NCBI GenBank assembly: GCA_050012855.1
Contig: JBEKGJ010000002.1
Coordinates: forward strand, 24,842 to 88,841
DNA: 64,000 bases
DNA from: Verrucomicrobiota bacterium
GTDB lineage: Bacteria > Verrucomicrobiota > Verrucomicrobiia > Limisphaerales > J093
Direction of reading: 5' to 3'
Position 1 is the first letter of the stretch; each line of letters begins with the position of its first letter. This document shows positions 29,738-39,800 of the stretch, one piece after another. Under the pieces are notes generated by a model. That model saw nothing but the letters and a program-made list of their open reading frames with translations, was not told where the DNA came from and did not search any database. The translations under genes were made by a program, and so were the position numbers.

Positions 29738-31015
29738 ATGGCCCGCCCCACCCAACTCACGATGTGCAGCTTCTGCGGCAAGTCGCATGCGGAAGTCAAG
29801 AAGCTGATTCAGGGTCCGGGCGTTTACATCTGCGACAGTTGCATCCTGGTCTGCAAAACCGTGCTCGACAAGGAACTGCGGACCGACGCCCACCGGAATG
29901 TGCCGCGGCTCAACGTCCCGCGCCCCGCCGAGGTCAAGGCCATCCTGGACCAGCACTGCGTCGGGCAGGAGCACGCCAAGAAGACGCTCGCCGTCGCGGT
30001 GCACAACCATTACAAGCGCATCCAGGCCGAGGCGGAAATCGCGGATGCGCCCGACGGCCAGGAAGCCGACACGGTCGAACTGGAAAAGAGCAACATCCTC
30101 CTGCTCGGTCCGACCGGCTCGGGCAAGACGCTGCTGGCGCGCACCCTGGCCCGCATCCTCGACGTGCCCTTTGCGATTGCCGACGCCACCACGCTCACCG
30201 AGGCGGGCTACGTGGGCGAGGACGTCGAGAACATCGTGCTGCGGCTCCTGCAGAACGCCGATTACGATGTCCGGCGCGCGCAGATCGGCATCGTTTACCT
30301 CGACGAAATTGACAAGATCGCCCGGAAGACGGAGAACGTCTCGATCACGCGCGACGTCTCCGGCGAGGGGGTGCAGCAGGCGCTGTTGAAAATTCTCGAA
30401 GGCACGATTTGCAGCGTGCCGCCGCAGGGCGGGCGCAAGCATCCCCAGCAGGAATACATCCGCGTGGACACCACGAATATCCTGTTCATCTGCGGGGGCG
30501 CGTTCGTGGGACTGGACCGCATCATTCACCGCCGGCTGGGCAACCGCGTGATGGGTTTTTCCGCGGTCGAGCAGGCCGGCCGGGCCGCCGCCCTCACGGT
30601 GTCCGAGGCGTTCAAACAGGTCGAGCCCGAGGACCTGCTCGCCTACGGTTTCATCCCGGAGTTCATCGGCCGTCTGCCCGTCGTCAGCGTGCTCAACGAA
30701 CTGACCGAGGACCAGCTCGTTCAGATCCTCACGGAACCACGCAACGCCCTCACCAAGCAATTCGCCAAACTCATGGCGATGGAAGGGGCGGAACTCGAGT
30801 TTTCGCCCGAGGCCCTGCGGGAACTGGCCGTCCTGGCCATGCGCAAAGGCACCGGCGCCCGCGCGCTCCGCAGCCTGATCGAGAAGCTGATGCTCGACCT
30901 GATGTTCGACGTGCCCGGCAACGGCAAGGTCACCGGTATCACGATCACCGGCGCCGCCGTGCGCGGTGAAGCCAAACCGATTGTTCAGTTGCGGGCCGAG
31001 CAGGTGGCCGCTTGA
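29738..31015 (+). CDS. clpX: ATP-dependent Clp protease ATP-binding subunit ClpX
   Basis: Zinc finger CSFCGK...CDSC, Walker A GPTGSGKT, Walker [10 protein letters not shown], and the pore region GYVGEDVE. Confidence 0.97.
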   Translation: MARPTQLTMCSFCGKSHAEVKKLIQGPGVYICDSCILVCKTVLDKELRTDAHRNVPRLNVPRPAEVKAILDQHCVGQEHAKKTLAVAVHNHYKRIQAEAEIADAPDGQEADTVELEKSNILLLGPTGSGKTLLARTLARILDVPFAIADATTLTEAGYVGEDVENIVLRLLQNADYDVRRAQIGIVYLDEIDKIARKTENVSITRDVSGEGVQQALLKILEGTICSVPPQGGRKHPQQEYIRVDTTNILFICGGAFVGLDRIIHRRLGNRVMGFSAVEQAGRAAALTVSEAFKQVEPEDLLAYGFIPEFIGRLPVVSVLNELTEDQLVQILTEPRNALTKQFAKLMAMEGAELEFSPEALRELAVLAMRKGTGARALRSLIEKLMLDLMFDVPGNGKVTGITITGAAVRGEAKPIVQLRAEQVAA

Positions 31016-31036
31016 TCCCCGGCTGGCCCCAACCCG

Positions 31037-31762
31037 TTACGCGTCGGCCCGCTCGGCCGCGTTGATCCCCATCGCGCCGCCGAGAAGGTTGTGAATGCGG
31101 ACACCCCGCGTTGGCAGCGCCTGCATCAGTTCCGCCACGCCCCGTTGCCCGGGGTAATGTTCGAGTGACTCGAGGATGTAGGCGTAGGCATCCGCACTGC
31201 CTGCAAACAAACGCCCGAAGATCGGCACTCCTCGGCGGAGATAAGCAAAATAACCGCGGCGCCAGAACGCATTGTCCGGCTTCCCGAAATCCAGCACCAG
31301 CAGGCGCCCGCCAGGCCTGGCCACCCGCCACATTTCGCGCAATCCGCCCGCCACGTCGGCCAGGTTGCGCAGCCCGTAACTGATCGTCACCGCGTCGAAG
31401 CTGCGGTCGGGGAACGGCAGACACATGGCGTCGCCCTGCCGGAACTCAACGCGCGTTCCGTCCGGCGCGGCGGCGGCCCGGCGGCGCGCCACGGCCAGCA
31501 TCGGTTCACTGAAATCGAGCCCGGTGACCGTGGCGCCGGTCCGCGCCAGCGCCAGGGTCACATCGCCGGTGCCGCAGCAAACGTCGAGCGCGTGATCCCC
31601 CGGGCCGACCCGCGCCAGCCGTGCCAGCCGGCGTTTCCAGAACCGGTGCAGGCCGAGGCTCTGGAGATCGTTGATGAGGTCGTAGCGCGCGGCGATGCCG
31701 CTGAAGAGGTCGTTCACCTTCGCGGCCCGCTGCGTGCCCGGCTCGTAAAACGGATTGGCCAT
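31037..31762 (-). CDS. ubiE: Demethylmenaquinone/ubiquinone methyltransferase
   Basis: KVNDLFSGIAARYDLINDLQSLGLHRFWKR, SAM motif LDVCCGTGD, and ISYGLRNL. Confidence 0.9.
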   Translation of the reverse strand: MANPFYEPGTQRAAKVNDLFSGIAARYDLINDLQSLGLHRFWKRRLARLARVGPGDHALDVCCGTGDVTLALARTGATVTGLDFSEPMLAVARRRAAAAPDGTRVEFRQGDAMCLPFPDRSFDAVTISYGLRNLADVAGGLREMWRVARPGGRLLVLDFGKPDNAFWRRGYFAYLRRGVPIFGRLFAGSADAYAYILESLEHYPGQRGVAELMQALPTRGVRIHNLLGGAMGINAAERADA

Positions 31763-31854
31763 GCCGGTACGACGTTAGCCTGCGTCGGACGCGACGCCAA
31801 TCGCGAACAAACCGCTGTTGCCCGCCGCGCGGGGCTCCGGTTACGCTGGCGCCG

Positions 31855-33153
31855 ATGCACTATTTTTGCCTGGGCATGGTCGTGTTCGCTGGTGTCACCG
31901 GGCTGATCGCCCAGGAGACGAACTGGCCGCAATTTCGCGGTCCGCGCGGCGACGGGACCACCGCCGCCACCGCGCTGCCGCTGACGTGGGGCGAAACCAA
32001 CCACGTCCGCTGGCAGACGCCGATCCCCGGCCGCGCGTGGTCCTCGCCTGTCATCTGGGGCGACCAGCTCTGGCTCAGCACGGCAACGACCAACGGCCAC
32101 GAGTTGTCCGCCCTCTGCGTGGACGTCGCGACCGGGCAGATTCGGCGCGAATTAAAACCCTTCACCATCGCGAAGCCCCAATACGCGCATCCGTTCAACA
32201 CCTACGCCTCGCCCACGCCGGTGATCGAAGAAGGACGCGTCTATGTGACGTTTGGCTCCCCGGGCACCGCTTGTCTTGACACCCGCACCGGCCAGGTCTT
32301 GTGGGATCGGCGCGATTTCGTCTGCAACCATTATCGCGGCGCCGGTTCTTCGCCGATCCTCTACCGCGACCTGTTCATCGTGAATTTCGACGGCACCGAC
32401 CACCAGTTCGTGGTTGCGCTGGACAAGCACACCGGCAAGACCGTCTGGCGAACGGAACGTTCGGTGGACTATCGGGACCTCGGTTCGGACGGCAAGCCCG
32501 AGACCGAAGGCGATTTCCGCAAGGCGTTCGCGACGTGTCACGTCGCCGATCTCGACGGTGTGGCCACGCTGCTGAGCCAGGGTTCCAAGGCCCTTTATGC
32601 CTACGACCCGTTGACCGGTCGCGAGCGCTGGCGGGTGGAGGAGCTCAGCAATTACTCCGGCTGCACCCGGCCCGTTGTGGGCCTGGACCTCGTGTTCGTC
32701 CCCAGCGGTTGGTCCAGCGGACAGTTGCTGGCCATCCGCCCGGGTCAACCGGGCGAGGTTGTGGATGCCGCAGTCGAGCCGCCCGCCGGAACTCAATTGC
32801 GCGTCGTGTGGAAGACCAAAAGCCATGTGCCCAAGAAACCGTCGCTGCTCCTGCGCGGCGACCTGCTCTTCGGGGTGGACGACAACGGCACCGTGACCTG
32901 CTGGGAAGCCAGGACCGGGACGGTGGTCTGGAGCGAGCATCTGGGCGGCAATTACTCGGCCTCGCCGCTCGCCGCCGGGGACCGGATTTATTTGTTCAGC
33001 GAAGACGGAAAAACGACGGTCATCGCCGCCGGCCGCGAATTCAAAAAACTCGCGGAAAGCCAGCTCGGCGACGGGTTCATGGCCTCGCCGGCCGTGTCCG
33101 GCAACGCGTTGTTCCTCCGCTCGCGCACGGAACTTTATCGGATCGAAGACTGA
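31855..33153 (+). CDS. Secreted PQQ-like (BamB-like) beta-propeller repeat protein
   Basis: [13 protein letters not shown]...[13 protein letters not shown] and recurring blades ([55 protein letters not shown]). Confidence 0.85.
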   Translation: MHYFCLGMVVFAGVTGLIAQETNWPQFRGPRGDGTTAATALPLTWGETNHVRWQTPIPGRAWSSPVIWGDQLWLSTATTNGHELSALCVDVATGQIRRELKPFTIAKPQYAHPFNTYASPTPVIEEGRVYVTFGSPGTACLDTRTGQVLWDRRDFVCNHYRGAGSSPILYRDLFIVNFDGTDHQFVVALDKHTGKTVWRTERSVDYRDLGSDGKPETEGDFRKAFATCHVADLDGVATLLSQGSKALYAYDPLTGRERWRVEELSNYSGCTRPVVGLDLVFVPSGWSSGQLLAIRPGQPGEVVDAAVEPPAGTQLRVVWKTKSHVPKKPSLLLRGDLLFGVDDNGTVTCWEARTGTVVWSEHLGGNYSASPLAAGDRIYLFSEDGKTTVIAAGREFKKLAESQLGDGFMASPAVSGNALFLRSRTELYRIED

Positions 33154-33170
33154 CCGGCTTGATTCCAACC

Positions 33171-33704
33171 ATGAACTCCGGCTCCGCCACCTCGCGTCTG
33201 ATCCTGGCCGAAGGCGATCTCACCCGGCAAACGACCGATGCCATCGTAAACGCCGCCAACACCTCGCTGCTCGGGGGCGGCGGGGTGGATGGCGCGATCC
33301 ACCGTGCCGCCGGTCCGGAACTGCTCGCGGAATGCCGCACCTTGGGCGGTTGCGCCACCGGGCAGGCGAAGATCACCCGCGGTTACCGCCTGCCGGCGAA
33401 ATGGGTGATCCACACCGTTGGCCCCGTCTGGCGGGACGGGAACCGGGGCGAAGACGAATTGCTGGCCAGTTGCTACCGGAACAGCCTCGCCGTGGCGGCG
33501 CAGCACGGATTGGCGAGCATCGCGTTTCCGTCCATCAGCACCGGGGCGTACGGTTTCCCGCTGGATCGCGCCGCGCGCATCGCCGTCCGCGAATGTCGCG
33601 CGTTGCTGGCCGACCACCTGGAAATCCAGAGGATCGTGCTCGTCTGCTACGGCGCGCAGGCGTTGGCGAGTTATCAAGCGGCGTTGCGCGAAACCACGCC
33701 CTGA
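33171..33704 (+). CDS. ymdB: Macro-domain protein (O-acetyl-ADP-ribose deacetylase-like)
   Basis: 177 aa read from the tail of ORF 32301..33704: [26 protein letters not shown] ... [14 protein letters not shown]. Confidence 0.9.
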   Translation: MNSGSATSRLILAEGDLTRQTTDAIVNAANTSLLGGGGVDGAIHRAAGPELLAECRTLGGCATGQAKITRGYRLPAKWVIHTVGPVWRDGNRGEDELLASCYRNSLAVAAQHGLASIAFPSISTGAYGFPLDRAARIAVRECRALLADHLEIQRIVLVCYGAQALASYQAALRETTP

Positions 33705-33955
33705 CGGCGCATCCGGGCACTTTCCCCGGACCGCGGCTATGTCGAAGACCAGCCGCAGCGCCACCGCCCAAGTGCCGGGCTGAAATATGCCGGCATCACC
33801 GGGTTCTTTGAGGTGCTGCGGCTGGTGCAGGGCACACAGCCGCGGTCCAATCCTGTGACGGTCAGCGGAAGTGCCAGGCTGTGTCCCCGGCTTCCGGCTT
33901 CGCCGGCGCTGATTTTGGGCTGCTGATTTTGGGCTTGCGGTCGGGGCGCGAAGCC

Positions 33956-35863
33956 ATGAGAACATCGAGACAGCACCGCCATGTCATGAAAGCCCTTGTT
34001 ATGACCCGATCCATTGTTGACTTCCGTCCTGGCCTCCCGCTGGCAACCGTTGTTGGCCTGGCGCAGGTTCTGTTCATGTTGTCCGGCACCGATGCCCTGG
34101 CCGGCCCGCGGCCGCTTTCGTCCTTCGACCCGCAGGTGAAGGCGTTGCTGTCCCAGATGACCCTCGAGGAAAAAATCGGCCAGATGACCCAGCCCGACCA
34201 GGCGTTCCTGAAAGACCCGGCCGACATCGAGAATTACTTCCTCGGCTCGGTGTTGAGCGGCGGCAACTCCGATCCCAAGGAAGGCAACAGCCTGCAGGCA
34301 TGGACGGACATGTATGACCGGTATCAGGCGCACAGCCAAAAGACGCGGCTGCGGATTCCGCTGCTTTACGGCGTGGACGCGGTTCACGGCCACAACAACG
34401 TGCTCGGCGCCGTGGTGTTTCCGCACAACGTCGGTCTGGGCTGCACCCGCGACGCGGCGCTCGTCGAGCAGATCGGACGCATCACCGCCGAGGAAGTCCG
34501 CGCCACCGGCATCAACTGGGCCTTCGCGCCCTGCGTGACCGTGCCGCGGGATGAACGCTGGGGCCGCACTTACGAGGGATTCTCCGAGGATCCGCGTATC
34601 GTCCGCAAGCTGGGCGAGGCGGCCGTACGCGGTTTTCAGAGAGGCAGCCTCGCCGACCCGCTCGCCGTGCTCGCCTGCGCCAAGCATTATATCGGCGACG
34701 GCGGCACCACGTTCGGCTCCGCCAAGCAGCCCAATCTCCTCGACCAGGGCGACACGCGCGTGGATGAGGCCACACTGCGACGGATTCACCTGCCCGGCTA
34801 TGTGACGGCCGTGCGCGCCGGCGTCGGCTCGATCATGCCCAGCTACAGCAGTTGGAACGGTGTGAAATGCTCCGCCAGCCAACTCCTCCTGACCGATCTG
34901 CTCAAGAAGGAACTCCACTTCGGAGGTTTCCTGATCTCGGATTACAACGCGATTGACCAGATCACGAACGACTATTTGAAGTGCATCGAGATTTCCATCA
35001 ACGCCGGCATGGACATGGTGATGGTGCCCGAGCGCTACCGCGAGTTTTTCGACGGGCTGAAAAAACTGGTCGCCGAGGGCCGGGTGCCGATGGCGCGCAT
35101 TGACGACGCTGTGACCCGCATCCTCCGCGTGAAATTCGCGCTCGGCCTGATGGACCCGAACCGCCCGACGCTCGCTGACCGCCGCCTGTGGGAGTCGTTT
35201 GGGTCGCCCGCGCACCGCGCCGTCGCCCGCCGCGCCGTCCGCGAATCGCTGGTGCTGCTCAAGAACCAGCACCACACGCTGCCAATTTCCAAGCACGCCA
35301 GCCGGATCGTGGTCGCCGGCAAGAACGCCGACGACCTCGGCAACCAGTGTGGCGGCTGGACGATTGACTGGCAGGGCAAGAGCGGCGACGTGACGCCCGG
35401 CGGCACCACCATCCTCGCGGCGATCCGCAACACCGTGTCGAAGAACACGCAGGTCACGTTCTCCAAGGACGGCACGGGCGCGGCCGGCGCGAGCTTGGGC
35501 ATCGTGGTGATCGGCGAAACGCCTTATGCCGAGTTCATGGGCGATCGCGCGGACCTCGCGCTCGCGCCGGAGGACCTCGCGGCGGTGAAGAATCTCAAGG
35601 CGGCGGGCATTCCGGTGGTGGTCGTCCTGGTGTCCGGCCGGCCGATGATCATCAACGAGGCGCTCGAAGAGGCGGACGCGTTCGTGGCGGCGTGGCTGCC
35701 GGGCACGGAAGGGCAGGGCGTGGCCGACGTGCTGTTTGGCGACTACCGGCCCAAGGGCAAGCTCTCACACACCTGGCCGCGCGCGATGTCGCAGATCCCG
35801 ATCAACCGCGGCGACCCCGATTACAACCCGCTCTTCAAGCTGGGCTTCGGTCTGCGCTATTGA
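33956..35863 (+). CDS. Glycoside hydrolase family 3 (beta-glucosidase-like)
   Basis: [43 protein letters not shown] and [11 protein letters not shown] (nucleophile region). The start is uncertain (ATG 33956 chosen). Confidence 0.9.
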   Translation: MRTSRQHRHVMKALVMTRSIVDFRPGLPLATVVGLAQVLFMLSGTDALAGPRPLSSFDPQVKALLSQMTLEEKIGQMTQPDQAFLKDPADIENYFLGSVLSGGNSDPKEGNSLQAWTDMYDRYQAHSQKTRLRIPLLYGVDAVHGHNNVLGAVVFPHNVGLGCTRDAALVEQIGRITAEEVRATGINWAFAPCVTVPRDERWGRTYEGFSEDPRIVRKLGEAAVRGFQRGSLADPLAVLACAKHYIGDGGTTFGSAKQPNLLDQGDTRVDEATLRRIHLPGYVTAVRAGVGSIMPSYSSWNGVKCSASQLLLTDLLKKELHFGGFLISDYNAIDQITNDYLKCIEISINAGMDMVMVPERYREFFDGLKKLVAEGRVPMARIDDAVTRILRVKFALGLMDPNRPTLADRRLWESFGSPAHRAVARRAVRESLVLLKNQHHTLPISKHASRIVVAGKNADDLGNQCGGWTIDWQGKSGDVTPGGTTILAAIRNTVSKNTQVTFSKDGTGAAGASLGIVVIGETPYAEFMGDRADLALAPEDLAAVKNLKAAGIPVVVVLVSGRPMIINEALEEADAFVAAWLPGTEGQGVADVLFGDYRPKGKLSHTWPRAMSQIPINRGDPDYNPLFKLGFGLRY

Positions 35864-36105
35864 ACATGGGCACGTCGTCCCTGCCCCAGCGCCGACGTAA
35901 GGAAACCTTGGCCGACGGCGCGTCCAGAAGGTGTGCCATTGACGATCACGAACTTCGTCTCGCGGACCCACAAACCCCGCCTGTGCGATAGGCGCGCTGG
36001 ATTCCTCGTGCACCGAACCGGTGGCGACGACTGGACCTGTCAATATCACCTTTTCGATAGATTTTCCGTCACCTCTTGGGGCTTTTCGGGTGCTTATAGG
36101 GTGAT

Positions 36106-38175
36106 ATGATGACAACCGAAGCGATGCAGAGGGCGGAGATCAACGATGCCGAGCTGGTGGCCGAAAGCCGGGAAGGAAATCGGGATGCCTTCCGCCTGAT
36201 TGTTGAACGCTATCAAACCTTGATCTCGTCGCTGGCGTACTGTGCCACTGGCAACGTGACCCGGAGCGAAGACCTTGCCCAGGAGACCTTCGTGTCCGCC
36301 TGGAAACAACTGGCGAAACTGCGTGAGCCGGCCAAGTTGCGGCCCTGGCTGTGCAGCATCGCCCGCTTCCTCATCGGCAAGGAGTTCCGGCGCCAGGGAC
36401 GTGAGCCGGATCATGCCGCCGAATCGCTGGAGGCGCTGGACGAATGGGTCTCACCAGAACCGCTGCCTTCGGACCGAGTCATCAGCGACGAGGAAAAGGC
36501 GATTCTCTGGCGCTCGCTCGAACGCATCCCGGAAATCTATCGCGAACCGTTGGTGTTGTTTTATCGCGAACACCAATCCATCGAGGCCGTCGTGCAGGAT
36601 TTAGGTCTCAGTGAGGATGCGGTGAAGCAACGACTGTCGCGCGGGCGGAAACTGTTGCAGGAGCAATTCCTCGCCTTTGTCGCCGGCGCGCTGAAACAAA
36701 CCAGTCCGGGCAAGACCTTCACGCTCGGCGTGATTGCCGCCCTGCCGCTGCTGGCCACCACCGCCAAGGCGGCCACGGTCGGCACGGCGCTGGCGCAGCA
36801 CGACAGCGTGGCCGCCAAGACCACGAGCTCGGGCGGGATTCTACAGGCCATTTCCAATGGCCTTATCGTCATGGTTTACTGGCTCAATGCGGCGGTTTTA
36901 CCGTTGGCCGGATACATCGGTTACAAGATGGGAGGCGACAGTCAGAACAGTGAGCGGGTGCGCCGGTCGGTAGCCACCTTTTGGCGCATCATGGGAATCA
37001 GTATGCTCCTCCTTTTCTGTCTCCCTCTGCTATTTGCGCTCTTCGTTGACAAAGTGATCCACTTGTCCGACGCGAAAGGCTTGCCAATCTTGGTTTCTTT
37101 TATGAACGTCTATCTGCCGGTCTTCATGTTTGGGGTGGTGCCGCTGTCCCTCGTCACCTGGATTTGGCAACGCCGGCGGCGAACCGTTCCTGAGGGGACC
37201 ACTGGCGGGCCAGACTCCCGGCAATCTCCGAAATCCATTACGATTTGGGTGGCGCTGGCGATGACCCTGGCTATCACTTGCCTGGGCTTTCAATGCTGGG
37301 TCTACGGTCTCGGCGTCCGCATGCACGTTCTTGGCAAAGACATGCCCACCACTCGATCTCTGTCCACCCGCGAAGTGCAAGCCGTCATCGCCGATTCGCA
37401 AGTGGAGAAGTCTGGCGTGAAGCTGTTCGAAAACGTAAGCGGGGGCCGCACGCTCAGTGGCGATCTGCTGGAGAACGGGAAGACGACCCCTTTCTACGCG
37501 CCGGCGGACAACAGCACGCTGGCATTGCTGGCCGAGAAAGGGATTAGCTATGAGACGCATATTGCGAACCGGGATGATCCACCCTATCCCAGCCGGGCGT
37601 GTTTCGAGGCGCAGCGGCTGCTGACACCGTTCAGTTGTTTCATTGTCGTGGCCGGCGCGGTTACCTTGCTGCGGGGACGGCATAACCGGCAATCCGGGCC
37701 GCAGGCTATCAGCGGGCCAAGCAACGAACGCAGAGTGGACCGGGGTTTTGCGGCGCTGGCTGCGTGCGGCATGCTGGCGCTGGCGGTCGCGGCGGGCCTG
37801 ACCACCGATTGGCGGGTGCGGAGGATTGCCGGTGAGCAGGTCGCAAGGGTCATTGCGCAGCACCCAAAAGCCCGATGCGAAGTATTTCAGTATTTCGACG
37901 GCTCCAGGAAATTGTGGATATCCGACCGCCGCAAGCCCGAGTTTATTGCCCCCGCGAACCAGTCCACACTGGGGCTGTTGACTCGCCAGGGCATCACCTA
38001 CGAGACTTACGTGGCCAGCTACAGGGCCGGAACCCCTGGCTACCTGGGACGGAGTCAATCAGCGGGTGTGCTGTGGATCCTCGCGTTGGCGGCGGCGGCG
38101 GGGGGGCTTTTGTGGTGGGCGGCGAGAAGCCGGCGTGGCTCTGCGTCACGTATCCAAATCGCAGGGGCGGTATGA
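36106..38175 (+). CDS. ECF-type sigma-70 factor fused to a ~490-aa multi-pass membrane region
   Basis: The N-terminal ~190 aa contain region 2 (FRLIVERYQTLISSLAYCATGNVTRSEDLAQETFVSAWK) and region 4 (REPLVLFYREHQSIEAVVQDLGLSEDAVKQRLSRGRKLL). These are followed by several hydrophobic helices and two homologous soluble modules. Confidence 0.85.
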   Translation: MMTTEAMQRAEINDAELVAESREGNRDAFRLIVERYQTLISSLAYCATGNVTRSEDLAQETFVSAWKQLAKLREPAKLRPWLCSIARFLIGKEFRRQGREPDHAAESLEALDEWVSPEPLPSDRVISDEEKAILWRSLERIPEIYREPLVLFYREHQSIEAVVQDLGLSEDAVKQRLSRGRKLLQEQFLAFVAGALKQTSPGKTFTLGVIAALPLLATTAKAATVGTALAQHDSVAAKTTSSGGILQAISNGLIVMVYWLNAAVLPLAGYIGYKMGGDSQNSERVRRSVATFWRIMGISMLLLFCLPLLFALFVDKVIHLSDAKGLPILVSFMNVYLPVFMFGVVPLSLVTWIWQRRRRTVPEGTTGGPDSRQSPKSITIWVALAMTLAITCLGFQCWVYGLGVRMHVLGKDMPTTRSLSTREVQAVIADSQVEKSGVKLFENVSGGRTLSGDLLENGKTTPFYAPADNSTLALLAEKGISYETHIANRDDPPYPSRACFEAQRLLTPFSCFIVVAGAVTLLRGRHNRQSGPQAISGPSNERRVDRGFAALAACGMLALAVAAGLTTDWRVRRIAGEQVARVIAQHPKARCEVFQYFDGSRKLWISDRRKPEFIAPANQSTLGLLTRQGITYETYVASYRAGTPGYLGRSQSAGVLWILALAAAAGGLLWWAARSRRGSASRIQIAGAV

Positions 38176-38512
38176 GATTGAATTCCATCAACTCGGGCGC
38201 GAGGAGGCTATCCTTGCAGACTTTTTAGCCATTGTCACGATTATGAATCCACTTTGGAAGATCTGAGGACTTGCGGTTGCGTTGATTGCTATTTTTGGAC
38301 TAGGAGCGCTCTTGGCAGTTGTCGATCATTTCAGCGCTGGGTGAAGGGTGAAGGGGTCGGTTCTTTGAAGGGGTCGGTTCTTGATATTGGTAAGTGCCGT
38401 TATCCGCCATGCTCGCGTTATGGCCTGGAAGGCGGGTGTCGGGCATCCCGATGTGGTTTATCGTGTCATGAACCCCGGCGACCGAAACTATAACCCGCTC
38501 TTATAGCTTGGG

Positions 38513-39493
38513 TTAACCCGAGAAGGTGTTACGAAGAGGCACGGGTTGGAGGTCACGCCAAACCTGCGAGGTTTCCACCCCGACCTCGCCCGCCAATCGC
38601 TCCACGTCGGCCCGGCTCACTTCGCCCGCCATCCAGGTGAGGGCGTTGGCCGCGCCCGCAGCGCTCCCCCAGCGGCCCGCCTCGCCGAGATCGTCGCCCC
38701 GCACCAACCGCCACACGAGCGCCGCCGTCAGCGCGTCGCCGGACCCGATCGGGTTCAACGTCGCGAGCCGCGGCGATCGGATCCGCCAGACTTGCGTGCC
38801 GTCAAAAAGCAGCGTGGGCTCCCGGCCGGCGGTCACCACAACACGCCGCGCCCCGCGTTCGGCCAGTTCTCGGATGGCGGCCAGCACCGCATGTTCGTCC
38901 GCCAGTTCGCGGCCGACGGTGGCCGCCAGCTCGGCCCGATTCGGTTTCACGAGGTCCGGTCCTGCCGGCAGCGCCGCGATCAGCGCAGGTCCTTGTGCGT
39001 CCACGATGGCGAGCGCGCCGGCGTCGTGCGCCAGCCGCACGCACTGAGCATAGAGGTCGGCGGGGCCGCCGGGAGCGATCGTGCCCGACATCACCGCCGC
39101 CCGGCAGCCGGGCATTCTCCGCCGCACGATCGCCAGCAGTCGCGCAAAATCATCGGGCTCGGCCGGGGCGCTCTCCTCGACCAGTTCGGTGTGCGTGCCG
39201 GCGGATTCGTCAATCACGGTCACACACTCGCGCGTATCGGCGGCCACGGTCACGAACTCCGACTCGATCCCACGCGCCGCGAGCGCCGTACGGATGGCCT
39301 CGCCGCGCGCACCGCCAAGGAAGCCGGTGGCCAGGGGGCGTTCGCCGAGCGCGTGCAGCACTTTCGCGACGTTGACCGACTTGCCGGCAATGCCGTCGAG
39401 GGTGGCCGTGGCGCGGTTCACGGCATCGAGCATCAGGCCGGAAAAGCGCATGACGCGCTGGGCGGCCGGTGTGGTTCCAAGGCAGAGGATCAT
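38513..39493 (-). CDS. PfkB-family sugar kinase (1-phosphofructokinase/tagatose-6-P kinase-like)
   Basis: MILCLGTTPAAQRVM..., GKSVNVAKVLHALG and the C-terminal NPIGSGDALTAAL motif. Confidence 0.85.
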   Translation of the reverse strand: MILCLGTTPAAQRVMRFSGLMLDAVNRATATLDGIAGKSVNVAKVLHALGERPLATGFLGGARGEAIRTALAARGIESEFVTVAADTRECVTVIDESAGTHTELVEESAPAEPDDFARLLAIVRRRMPGCRAAVMSGTIAPGGPADLYAQCVRLAHDAGALAIVDAQGPALIAALPAGPDLVKPNRAELAATVGRELADEHAVLAAIRELAERGARRVVVTAGREPTLLFDGTQVWRIRSPRLATLNPIGSGDALTAALVWRLVRGDDLGEAGRWGSAAGAANALTWMAGEVSRADVERLAGEVGVETSQVWRDLQPVPLRNTFSG

Positions 39494-39636
39494 GGTGTTG
39501 TCCGGCGGAGTGTCGGGTCGAAGGGGGCGGGTTTCAAGCGGCGAGGCGGTCGTGGGTTGCCGTCGAAGCGACGAGAATGCCAGGGCGCGGAGCCTCTAAG
39601 AAGGCAACCTTTTGATGAACAGGGTCTTGCGATGTA

Positions 39637-39721
39637 TGGTGCGCGCGGCAGGACTTGAACCTGCACGGTGTTACCCACTAGAACCTGAATCTAGCGCGTC
39701 TGCCAATTCCGCCACGCGCGC
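39637..39721 (-). tRNA. tRNA-Leu (anticodon CAG), CCA encoded
   Basis: The minus strand reads GCGCGCG-TG-GCGG...CTAGA-TTCAGGT-TCTAG-(long variable arm)-GCAGG-TTCAAGT-CCTGC-CGCGCGC-A-CCA. It has a 7-bp acceptor stem, a canonical T-loop and a class II variable arm, 85 nt in total. Confidence 0.9.
39682..39721. repeat. attL core (equals nt 1-40 of the intact tRNA-Leu)
   Basis: Identical 40-mer to 57130-57169. Identity breaks on both sides of the repeat. Confidence 0.9.
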
Positions 39722-39800
39722 ACGCTGAAATACAACGAGTTACAAACAAAACGCTCCGCGAGCTTGACACTTGCTACAGAATTTGCGACAGTGTTGCCGT

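Noticed and set aside
38254-38493. 79-aa + ORF and a tandem GAAGGGGTCGGTTCTT x2 (about 38349-38391) in the spacer after the sigma-factor gene.
   Set aside because: The ORF has odd composition and no motif, and the two-unit repeat is too short to interpret. The region is better explained as decayed sequence (see the GH3 relic finding).
39722-39800. Tried to identify a promoter for the tRNA-Leu on the minus strand within element-borne sequence (for example TATTTC 5 nt before the mature 5' end).
   Set aside because: No acceptable -35 element at 16-18 nt spacing, so I do not report a tRNA promoter.
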